The translations under genes were made by a program, and so were the position numbers. The notes under the pieces were generated by a model. It saw only the letters and a program-made list of their open reading frames with translations. It did not search any database and was not told the DNA's origin. From Macrostomum lignano (lineage: Eukaryota), in the NCBI GenBank assembly GCA_002269645.1, contig NIVC01000984.1, positions 433,202 through 497,201 of the forward strand: a stretch of 64,000 bases of DNA, written 5' to 3'. Below are positions 12,020-23,879 of this stretch, piece by piece. How positions within the stretch are numbered: the first letter of the stretch is position 1; each line of letters begins with the position of its first letter.

Positions 12020-13581
12020 TCAATTCGCCAAAGCAGCCACCACCACAGTTGTCAACTCTATCGCCGTTGAATTCACCGTCGTAGTCTCGTTCAAGCCGCC
12101 GCCGTCGTTACCATTGTAGTAGACGTTCTGGGTGGCGACTCGGCCGATCACGCCAATCAGCAGGATGCCGAGGCAGGCCAGCCCGATAGCCAGTCGGGTC
12201 AGGGCCATGCGCCAAATCTTTTTCGGGTCGCCAGCGTGCGGCTTAATGCGCAGCGGCACCACCCGGATGCTGCTCACGAATGCCGGGTTGCTCGGCATCC
12301 GCCGCCTGTGACGCCTGCCGCCGCCTGCTGATGCCGTTGACAGGCGTCTTGCACCAGGCGAGTCGTCCAGGAGGGCTGCGGAGGGCAGCGGACGAGGGGA
12401 TTTTGGAGGATTTGGGAGTCGCTTAGAAAGCCTTGACTCCCATGTGATACAGTAATTCAATTGACTGATCGGGCGTACCGCAGATAGTCCGGAGCATCAC
12501 TTCTGGTTCTTGCATTCTGGCGCTTAATTGCCGGCTCACAAATTTCTGCTACAGCAGCTCCACGGGCCACAGTTTGGTTCAATCAATTCTTAAATGGCTC
12601 TGCGCCGATGGGTTTGAGTAGGGGTTGGACTGGAAACTTTTTATCTCAAGGAAGGGCTAGATGGAGAATCTAGCGTATGACTGCGGGCCAGGGGGGGGGA
12701 GGAGAAGAAAGGAGAGGAGAGAGAAAGAGAAGGGACAAGAGATTCGAGAAGGTATAGGAGAGAAGGGAGAGGAGAAAACGGAGAGAAGAGAAGGGAAAGA
12801 AGAGAAGGGAGAAGGGAGAAGAGAGAAAAGGGAAAAGAGAACGTGAGGGGAGAAGAGAGAGGGAGAAGAGAGAGGGGAGAGGAGAGAAGGGAGAGGAAAG
12901 AAGGGAGAGGAGAGAAGGGGAGAGGAGTAAGGGGAGAAGAGAGAAGGGAGAGGAGAGAAAGGAGATAAGAGAGAAGGGAGAGAGGAAAGAAGGGAGAGGA
13001 GATTCTAGAGAAGGCTGAGAAGAGACACAAACCTTGAGTCGGGTTGCTACTTTGAAGTTTCAAAGACCCGAGGGCCGGATAGAGAGGCTTGGCGGGCCGG
13101 AGTTTGCCAACCCCTTTGTTTGAGCGATCTCCGATCCTCGGAGCTACGAACGGTAATGCGAACTTGCACACATTGGTTAAACATCAGCTCACCTGTGGCT
13201 TCAGAGGCGGCCCGCTTAGCCTTGGTGGAAGGTGACCGCCCGGAGTCCTCCAGCTCGGCCTCGGTGTCGTACACCTGCTGCCGCTCCTCCGCCACCTGAA
13301 TTCGCTCCTGGGCCAGCTCAGCCTGGCGGTTCCAGTCCTGCCGGCAGAGCAGGAAAATGTAGGTCGGAGCCGTGATGCAGATGCCGATTAGCAGGCCGAG
13401 CCACAGGCCTGGTGGAAGATCGATTCGGGTATTTGTGCGTCCAGAGCTTCTGTTTTCACGGCAATTCACCCGCAAATTGTTTGATGAATGCATGCCGCTT
13501 GTCTACCCTGCGCGAATATGTGCCGTCGTATGTACGAGTATCTGTGTGGGTGTGCGAGCTCCGATGGTGAAGAACTCTCTG

Positions 13582-13642
<61 letters not shown>

Positions 13643-16600
13643 GCTCATAACTGTATCCAAGCACACTCACCGAATACCCTCAACGAGGTGGTGAGAGCCA
13701 CCGGAATTCCGACGGGCAGACCGATGATGTAGTAGGCCGTGATGACCAGCAGGGCGCCGGTGGCTTGGCGGCCGCAGCCGCGCAGAGCGCCAGCTGAGAT
13801 GCAGCTGATGCCGTCGATGAATTGGAACAGGCCGAGCACTGGGAATATGCCGGCAGCGATGGCGGCTATGTTCCTGCGGAGGAGGGAAAAGTGAAGATTG
13901 AGTCGGGCGAGAAACTTACTTTACTACTTACTACTTACTACAATACTCGTGAGAGACCCAGACCGGTCTCGTGAGTTTTCTAGCGCTCGTTCACGCCGAA
14001 AAAATCAAAGGAGCTATCGAGCCACACTACTGATGTACATAGTGGCCTTATTACTTGCAGCCTTCAACTGCCTATCTACATGTACATTTACGAACCTACT
14101 TATCCGTAGGCACCCGCGTATGACGTTCGAAGTTCAATCTAACTTTCTGCGTTTAACTTTTTTTTCGCTTGAAAATCCTTCTCGCTACTTGTTAATAGGC
14201 GATTCAATATTGCTTATACCAGGTATCAGTTGTTGAATAGCCCCGAGACTACACGCGAAACTGAAACACCAAACGACCTACTAGAAGGCAAAAGCGTTAT
14301 ATGAGATGCACTTTAGCAGTGATTAACGTACGCGTCGTTAGTAAACATGTAGGGCAGCAGGCTGCGGCAGGTGATGAAGATGATGGTAGTGACGGTGGCC
14401 GAGCAGAGCAGGCAGCAGCAGCCGGCCAGCCACACCAGCTTGGCCCGGCTGCCGTTCAGAGCGCCCAGGCTCTGGCCAACCCGGATGTTGACCGCAATCG
14501 ACAGGCCGAGAGCAATCTGCGGGTGCGTTTCGGAGTGTCACTTTAATCTATCTACCGTTAGCTCACTCGGGCTTGATGCCCCCAGAGTTGGGACTGGCTT
14601 ACCATGAAAGTCCAGGTTTCAGTTTGAAATAGGATAGACTGAGCGCCCAGCTCTTCCTCGCCCATGTAGCCTGCGGAGAGATTTTTATATCGTATGAGTG
14701 TGAGCCTGCGTGCGTGTCCGTGTGACTGCTCAGGAATGGGCATGGCTGCGTTAATTTCACTGTTTTTATTTTGACTCGAGACTCTTGAGGAAGAAAGATT
14801 AATGAACCAGCTTTTCTGGTTTTTATAAGTGCACATTTAGAAGCTCAGTCAGTTGTTCGGCAGTTAGTCAAGCGCCACTCACCGGCCACAAAGGTGCCAA
14901 CCTCCCAGCAGAAGGTTTCCAAGCTGACCATTCCCATTCCCGGCAGGGCCAGCTTGAGAAACTGCCACCAGTTGAAGAGGCTCTCTACGTCCCAGCCATT
15001 CCAGGTCTCCACGTACACATGGCTGAAGACGATGTAACCAATCAGCAGGACGAACATGATGACGAAGGTCAGGGCCTGGCAGACTGCGCTCGAACTGGGC
15101 GAGAGTGAAATGGGGAGAGCTGGGATCGGGTTATCTGCAGCTGGTGCTGCGTGAGGCGCTGTTTGTGCATGTCATGCACAAACACAACTTCCATGAAGTG
15201 GAAGGCAAAGAGAGGGTCAAACTTCGAATCAATGAGAATTTATTTAAGTGCCAGGCCAGAGGTGGGGTGGGGCAGACCTGAGGTAATATGAGTGTCCATC
15301 ACTTAGGGAAGTGCCCATATGGTGAGGTGTCCATAGGATTAGTGTCCTATAGGAGGGTGTCCTTGACTCAGGGGCGTGTCCATAGGGTGAGTGTCCTTGA
15401 CTCGGGGGTGTGTCCATAGGGTGAGTGTCCTTGACTCTGGATGACTCTGGGGTGTTCTTGACTCGAGTCGCTCGGGGTGTATCCATAGGATGAGTATCCT
15501 TGACTCAGGGGTGTGTCCATAGGGTGAGTGCTTTTGACTCGGGGTGTGTCCATAGTGCGAGTGTCCTTGACTCAGGGGGTCTGTCCATAGCGTGAGTGTC
15601 CTTGACTCGGGGAAGGGGTAAGTGTCCATCGGGTAAGTGTCCTTGACTCGAGTCGCTTGGGGGGTGCGTCCATAGGGTGAGTGTCCTTGACTTGAGTCGC
15701 TCGGGGGGGGTGCGTCCATAGGGTGAGTGTCCTTGACTCGAGTCGCCTCGGGGGGGTGCGTCCATAGGGTGAGTGTCTTTGACTCGGGAGTAAGTATCCA
15801 TAGGGTGAGTGTCTTTGACTCGGGAGTAAGTATCCATAGGGTGAGTGTCTTTGACTCGGGAGTAAGTATCCATAGGGTGAGTGTCTTTGACTCGGGAGTA
15901 AGTATCCATAGGGTGAGTGTCTTTGACTCGGGAGTAAGTATCCATAGGGTGAGTGTCTTTGACTCGGGAGTAAGTATCCATAGGGTGAGTGTCTTTGACT
16001 CGGGAGTAAGTATCCATAGGGTGAGTGTCTTTGACTCGGGAGTAAGTATCCATAGGGTGAGTGTCTTTGACTCGGGAGTAAGTATCCATAGGGTGAGTGT
16101 CTTTGACTCGGGAGTAAGTATCCATAGGGTGAGTGTCTTTGACTCGGGAGTAAGTATCCATAGGGTGAGCGTCCATGGCTGGGGGAGGTAAGCGCTCGAG
16201 CAAAACGCACCGAACGACGCCAAAAACTGAAAACCTATGAAAACTGACGACTCACACGAAGCCGAAGTTCCACACGTAGATGCAGAGGTACTGCGAGATC
16301 AAATTGAAAACGTTGCCAGCCACTGCGCAGAGCATTGGCGCGTAGACTCGGTCCTGATTTTGCAAGTACCGAGCCAGGATCAGGTAGAAAAAGTTGAACT
16401 GGAATTATTATGAACAATAACAATAACGACATTGGTCTTTGTGCCCGCCAAGTCTGAGCGGCAACTGTAGGAATCTGGTCACTTACTATGACCCCTGGTG
16501 AGAACCACAGCATGTACTCGGCTGCCAGGCTGAAATGCCAGTGCGTTGTGGCAATGAGGTGAGCGGCTTGATAACTCTCACTCACTGACTCTCACCCCAC

Positions 16601-19600
16601 CTCACTCACTGACTCTCACGCTTCATACCTCACTCCCTGACTCTCATCCTACCTCACTTACTGACTCTCATGCCACCCGCCTCACACCCTGACTCTCATC
16701 CTACCTCACTCACTGACTCTCACGCTTCACACCTCACTCCCTGACTCTCATCCTACCTCACTTACTGACTGTCATGCCACCTCACTCTCTGACTCTTATC
16801 CCATCTCACTCTCTGACTCTCATGCCACCCTCACCCCGGACTCTCATGCCACCCTCACCCCCTGACTCTCATGCCACCCTCACCTCCTGACTCTCATGCC
16901 ACCCTCAACCCCTGACTCTCACACCATCCACACTCCCTGACTCTCACACCATCCTCACTCCCTGACACTCGATAAAACTCAGTATTATCGCGCAGATTCT
17001 CACAGAGACACGTTGGGCAGCTGGCCAAGCGCCAGCAGTATCGGCAGGATGTTGATGTGCACCGCCCAGATCAGAAACGGAAACAGGCCAATTATCATCA
17101 GACCTGGGGTTTTATTGCGGCATTTAATTTCGTCAGTCGGAGCGCCAGACTTGATAAAGTTATTATCAAGGATGAAAAAAATAGATGGGCGAAACACTTG
17201 TTTCTTAGAAAACTTTTGAAGGCTGAACAGTTACTGTTTTATAATTGAGTTATCTAATTTTATCTTTTATTACGGTTTTCTTATTTACAATATCTTTCTT
17301 GAAGGATCTTGTGAACTTTAATATCAATTTGCTTACTCCAGTAGATTAATACCTCACAAGAATTCCACTCACTCTGCAGCAGGTAGGTGCCCATCCGCCT
17401 CTTGTTGACGCTGCCGTAGGACTGCGAGAACAGGGTGTCGCATCCGGTGCACAGGCCGACGCCGATGCTGAGCCCCAGGGCGTTGATCAGCTGTACAGTG
17501 GGTGGGAATTCGATGCTTTCAAGGCAGCGATCGTTCTGAGGTATGGCATCTTAATTGTTCGCTTTCTGATCTGCCTCTCCGCCCATGAGAATCTGCCTCT
17601 CCGCCCATGAGAATCTGCCTCTCCGCCCATGAGAATCTGCCTCTCCGTCCTTAAGAATCTGCCTCTCCGCCCTTAAGAATCTGCCTCTCCGTCCTTAAGA
17701 ATCTGCCTCTCCGTCCTTAAGAATCTGCCTCTCCGCCCGCTTGAGAATCTGCCTCTCCGCCCGCTTGAGAATCTGCCTCTCCGCCCTTAAGAATCTGCCT
17801 CTCCGTCCTTAAGAATCTGTCTCTTCGTTCTTAAGAATCTGCCTCTCCGCCCTTAAGAATCTGCCTCTCCGTCCTTAAGAATCTGCCTCTCCGTCCTTAA
17901 GAATCTGCCTCTCCGCCCGCTTGAGAATCTGCCTCACTTTTATTGAGAATCTGCCTCACTTTTATTGAGAATCTGCCTCACTTTTATTGAGAATCTGCCT
18001 CACTTTTATTGAGAATCTGCCTCATTATTATTGAGAATCTGCCTCATTATTATTGAGAATCTGCCTCATTATTATTGAGAATCTGCCTCATTATTATTGA
18101 GAATCTGCCTCATTATTATTGAGAATCTGCCTCATTATTATTGAGAATCTGCCTCACCACCATTAAAAATACGCCTCATTTTATTGGAATCTGCCTCACT
18201 ACCATTGAGAATCTGCCTTATTATTATTGAGAATCTGCCTCACTACCATTGAGAATCTGCCTTATTATTATTGAGAATCTGCCTCATTATTATTGAGAAT
18301 CTGCCTCATTATTATTGAGAATCTGCCTCATTATTATTGAGAATCTGCCTCATTATTATTGAGAATCTGCCTCATTATTATTGAGAATCTGCCTCACTTT
18401 TATTGAGAATCTGCCTCACTTTTATTGAGAATCTGCCTCATTATTATTGAGAATCTGCCTCATTATTATTGAGAATCTGCCTCACTTTTATTGAGAATCT
18501 GCCTCACTTTTATTGAGAATCTGCCTCATTATTATTGAGAATCTGCCTCATTATTATTGAGAATCTGCCTCATTATTATTGAGAATCTGCCTCACTTTTA
18601 TTGAGAATCTGCCTCACTTTTATTGAGAATCTGCCTCACTTTTATTGAGAATCTGCCTCATTATTATTGAGAATCTGCCTCATTATTATTGAGAATCTGC
18701 CTCACTTTTATTGAGAATCTGCCTCATTATTATTGAGAATCTGCCTCACTTTTATTGAGAATCTGCCTCATTATTATTGAGAATCTGCCTCATTATTATT
18801 GAGAATCTGCCTCATTATTATTGAGAATCTGCCTCATTATTATTGAGAATCTGCCTCATTATTATTGAGAATCTGCCTCATTATTATTGAGAATCTGCCT
18901 CACCACCATTAAAAATACGCCTCAGTTTTATTGGGAATCTGCCTCACTACCATTGAGAATCTGCCTTATTATTATTGAGAATCTGCCTCACTACCATTGA
19001 GAATCTGCCTTATTATTATTGAGAATCTGCCTCATTATTATTGAGAATCTGCCTCACTTTTATTGAGAATCTGCCTCATTATTATTGAGAATCTGCCTCA
19101 TTATTATTGAGAATCTGCCTCATTATTATTGAGAATCTGCCTCACTTTTATTGAGAATCTGCCTCACTTTTATTGAGAATCTGCCTCATTATTATTGAGA
19201 ATCTGCCTCATTATTATTGAGAATCTGCCTCATTATTATTGAGAATCTGCCTCACTTTTATTGAGAATCTGCCTCACTTTTATTGAGAATCTGCCTCACT
19301 TTTATTGAGAATCTGCCTCATTATTATTGAGAATCTGCCTCACTTTTATTGAGAATCTGCCTCATTATTATTGAGAATCTGCCTCATTATTATTGAGAAT
19401 CTGCCTCATTATTATTGAGAATCTGCCTCATTATTATTGAGAATCTGCCTCATTATTATTGAGAATCTGCCTCACTTTTATTGAGAATCTGCCTCATTAT
19501 TATTGAGAATCTGCCTCATTATTATTGAGAATCTGCCTCATTATTATTGAGAATCTGCCTCATTATTATTGAGAATCTGCCTCATTATTATTGAGAATCT

Positions 19601-21861
19601 GCCTCACTTTTATTGAGAATCTGCCTCACTTTTATTGAGAATCTGCCTCACTTTTATTGAGAATCTGCCTCATTATTATTGAGAATCTGCCTCATTATTA
19701 TTGAGAATCTGCCTCACTTTTATTGAGAATCTGCCTCACTTTTATTGAGAATCTGCCTCATTATTATTGAGAATCTGCCTCATTATTATTGAGAATCTGC
19801 CTCATTATTATTGAGAATCTGCCTCACTTTTATTGAGAATCTGCCTCACTTTTATTGAGAATCTGCCTCACTTTTATTGAGAATCTGCCTCATTATTATT
19901 GAGAATCTGCCTCATTATTATTGAGAATCTGCCTCACTTTTATTGAGAATCTGCCTCATTATTATTGAGAATCTGCCTCACTTTTATTGAGAATCTGCCT
20001 CATTATTATTGAGAATCTGCCTCATTATTATTGAGAATCTGCCTCATTATTATTGAGAATCTGCCTCATTATTATTGAGAATCTGCCTCATTATTATTGA
20101 GAATCTGCCTCATTATTATTGAGAATCTGCCTCACCACCATTAAAAATACGCCTCAGTTTTATTGGGAATCTGCCTCACTACCATTGAGAATCTGCCTTA
20201 TTATTATTGAGAATCTGCCTCACTACCATTGAGAATCTGCCTCATTATTATTGAGAATCTGCCTCACCACCATTAAAAATACGCCTCAGTTTTATTGGGA
20301 ATCTGCCTCACTACCATTGAGAATCTGCCTTATTATTATTGAGAATCTGCCTCATTATTATTGAGAATCTGCCTCACTTTTATTGAGAATCTGCCTCATT
20401 ATTATTGAGAATCTGCCTCATTATTATTGAGAATCTGCCTCATTATTATTGAGAATCTGCCTCACTTTTATTGAGAATCTGCCTCACTTTTATTGAGAAT
20501 CTGCCTCATTATTATTGAGAATCTGCCTCATTATTATTGAGAATCTGCCTCATTATTATTGAGAATCTGCCTCACTTTTATTGAGAATCTGCCTCACTTT
20601 TATTGAGAATCTGCCTCATTATTATTGAGAATCTGCCTCATTATTATTGAGAATCTGCCTCATTATTATTGAGAATCTGCCTCATTATTATTGAGAATCT
20701 GCCTCATTATTATTGAGAATCTGCCTCATTATTATTGAGAATCTGCCTCACCACCATTAAAAATACGCCTCAGTTTTATTGGAATCTGCCTCACTACCAT
20801 TGAGAATCTGCCTTATTATTATTGAGAATCTGCCTCACTACCATTGAGAATCTGCCTTATTATTATTGAGAATCTGCCTCACTACCATTGAGAATCTGCC
20901 TTATTATTATTGAGAATCTGCCTCACTACCATTGAGAATCTGCCTCATTATTATTGAGAATCTGCATGCCTCTAAGGTCCCTCATTCTTAGACAAATCTG
21001 TCTCTCCGCTTCTTTCCGATCCTCGAACTTACCTGAACAGAGTCCCACCTTAAATGATCGCCCCCTCCCCCTCAGAGCCCCCCACGCCCAGTTCCATCTG
21101 ATTGGCCCCACGAGGCCACGCCAGTCCCAGCCACAGCTTACACTATTGGCCAGTGCAGCCCCATCAAGTTCGTCCTTCGTGAGGTGACCGCACATCATCA
21201 CACTCTCGGAGAGGATGACAAAGTTTAAAAAATTGGTTACAATCTGAAAAAAAGATAAATTAAAATTTGACAGCATGAACTGTTACACAATAGGGAATGT
21301 CAGCTCAGTCAGAAAATGTAAGCGACTTGTCAGAGCAATGATCGATGACTCATTGGTGGCGACATGAACAAGATTTAAGCACAGACTCTACATTAGCAAA
21401 CGGTGTGCATTGTTTCGAAGGCAGAAATTATTAATCATGCCATTATAAAGGTTGCGTGTGAAAGTAAGTCTGTTTATTTCTATTTTTCCAGAATTGATTT
21501 CTCTTTATGATAGAATATAATTTATGACGAAGCAGCGTGTGTTCACAGAAAAAGTACAGTGATGTCCTGGAACCCCCCCCCCCAAGTTTTTGAAATTTAG
21601 GGTCTGTTTGATGTAGAAAATTTGCAAAGCCTTCACAGTCCTACCTAGCAAGCTCAACTATCAAAGAAGACCCCCCTCCCGACTCACCACAGGCCAGCCA
21701 ATCTTGAGCAGCAGTTGAATCTCTTGCCGAAGGCTTGCCCAGGTGATCTGGCGCAGGGACGAGCAACAGCCGCGAGTGTCGCCGTAGCCGTCGCTATTCT
21801 CGCCATAGTGAAAATCAATGGACGCATAGTTTGAGTCCCTGTTGGCCGCTATTGAAGGCAT
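12020..21861 (-). CDS. SLC47A1-like: MATE-family multidrug and toxin extrusion transporter, ~639 aa; exons 21861-21688, 21243-21142, 17490-17373, 17103-17004, 16529-16487, 16398-16256, 15094-14883, 14670-14603, 14516-14332, 13873-13671, 13408-13193, 12375-12020
   Basis: CGHLTKDELDGAALA, CDTLFSQSYG, FLKLALPGMGMVSLETFCWEVGTF, ELGAQSI, NIRVGQSLGA, GALRGCGRQ, YYIIGLPVG, GLWLGL and a 13th helix LTRLAIGLACLGILLIGVIGRV; splice phases consistent, total 1920 nt. Confidence 0.92.
12691..13030. repeat. GA-rich polypurine tract in MATE intron 11
   Basis: Nearly pure A/G on the + strand. Confidence 0.9.
13575..13639. repeat. (CT)n microsatellite in MATE intron 10
   Basis: Direct reading. Confidence 0.95.
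15290..16175. repeat. 36-bp minisatellite (gactcgggagtaagtatccatagggtgagtgtcttt)n in MATE intron 6
   Basis: About 11 perfect units (15770-16170) plus degenerate units to the left. Confidence 0.95.
16576..16967. repeat. ~24-bp minisatellite (ctgactctcatgccaccctcaccc)n in MATE intron 4
   Basis: Same unit family as 24230-25520. Confidence 0.9.
17570..20970. repeat. 22-bp satellite (gagaatctgcctcattattatt)n, ~3.4 kb, in MATE intron 2
   Basis: About 150 units; variants cattatt, cactttt and cactacc; recurrent higher-order cassette. Confidence 0.97.
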
Positions 21862-22481
21862 TCCTGAATGCAACTCAAAAACTGTAACCCTGAGCAGCAG
21901 ATCTCGGCCGAAAAATGACTGGGCGTATTTCTGAACTGTGAGCAAGACCTTTAAAATCTTGGCTCAGATTTGTTTGTCTTTCCGCTTTATCTTTGACCGT
22001 TTTAGTAGCTCGAGAATAACAAGCGGCGACTATTGAAACGATTCAATGCCAGGTGCTATTCGTATATTAACTGGTTTGCTGGCGAGAGAGAAAGCAGAGA
22101 AGCCTGCTCGGTGCAATAGATTAGATATCTCTGGTAGTACGGTGGAATATGCAACCCCGACCACGTGCGGCCGCCCTCCAATGCCTTTCGCCTACAGCTG
22201 AAACTTGCACCGCTTTTAAACTGATTAAGGTGTGAGAGATAACAAGGGGCAAGTGCCAGCAATTAGCAATAGTAATCAATAAACTCCACCGTATCAATCA
22301 CAGATAATTTCCACTCTTCACGTGTGACTACTGTTTGTACACAGTAGTAGCATTTGCACATGCAGAGATAAATTCTAATAATTAATTTTGCCCTAAAGTC
22401 GAGACACTTAAAGACTTGTTTTCATCACTTTCACTTTCCACTTTTCACTGACTCTAATTCTGTTTACTTTACTATACAGGC

Positions 22482-23412
22482 CAGGGGCGCCGCCATGGAT
22501 TTTATGGTAGGGGGACAAAGCCGAGAATTCCACATATTGCATGTACATTATTTTCAGCATCACTGTTGTCAGCGCTCATTTTGGCGCCGCAGGCACTCTT
22601 TTTAGCGCTGCAGGCACTCTTTTCGGCGCCGCAGACACTCTTTTTGGCGCCGCAGGCACTCATTTTGGCGCCACAGTCACTCGTTTTGGCGCCACAGTCA
22701 CTCATTTTGGCGCCGCAGGCTCTCACTTTGGCGCCGCAGTCACTCATTTTGGTGCCACAGGCTCTCACTTTGGCGCCGCAAGATCTCACTTTGGCGCCAC
22801 AGTCACTCATTTTGGCGCCGCAGACACTCATTTTGGCGCCGCAGACACTCATTTTGGCGCCGCAGACACTCATTTTGGCGCCGCAGACACTCATTTTGGC
22901 GCCGCAAGATCTCACTTTGGCGCCGCAGTCACTCATTTTGGCGCCGCAGACACTCATTTGGGCACCACAAGCACTCATTTTAGCGCCGCAGGCACTTATT
23001 TTAGCGCCGCAGACACTCATTTGGGCACCACAAGCACTCATTTTCGTGCCGCAAGATCTCACTTTGGCGCCGCAGGCACTCACTTTGGCGCCGCAGTCAC
23101 TCATTTTGGCGCCGCAGACATTCATTTGGGCACCACAGGCACTCATTTTAGCGCCGCAGGCACTTATTTTAGCGCCGCAGACACTCATTTTAGCGCCGCA
23201 GGCACTTATTTTAGCGCCACAGGCACTCACTTTGGCGCCGCAGGCACTCATTTTTTGCCGTAGGCGCTATAGATTGTCGTCCTGAAGCAAAATTATTGAT
23301 TTCCATAACGGCTCACAAGGTTGGGTGGTGGGACAAAGCATTGGTATGTCCTCTCATAGCTTTTACTGGGGGGCATGTCCCCCTGTCCCCCTTTTCGGTG
23401 GCGACGCCGCTG
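22482..23412. mobile_element. hAT-type MITE, copy 2 (931 bp), with expanded internal 21-bp minisatellite (~22566-23260)
   Basis: TIRs caggggcgccgcca / tggcgacgccgctg; 8-bp flanks atacaggc (22474-22481) and atccaggc (23413-23420), 7/8 match; internal (cattttggcgccgcaggcact)n. Confidence 0.82.
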
Positions 23413-23879
23413 ATCCAGGCTAATGTAAATTTATTCATTCGTTGGTCAGTTACGAGCGCGTCAGCCCTAGCCGGGCTCATATTCTAATATTTGCAGGTAA
23501 TAAAGATGCTGCTAGAGAGAGTAGCTCATCTATTTCAAGGCTGCTGTTAAAGTTCGCTATAAAAAACCGTCCATCACATGACAAACGAATTTTGTCCCTT
23601 ATCCCTAAAGCAAAGAATGATAGTGCTCAAACAACCATTTTCGGCTAAAGCACAATTGTTAAGTAACTGTTCGCCATTCAATTTGCCAATGGCTGATCCG
23701 ATGGCTGAATCTGTTTGACCAACTGGCCTGTTCAAACACTACCAGTGCCAGTGTGTATTTTTCGTCACCGACAACGCCTGCAAATATACCCTGACTTACC
23801 TGTATATCTATACAGACCCTCTGATAGGGAAGCAGCCCCACCACACGTCCCGGATACACTGGACAGCGAGTTCTGAATC

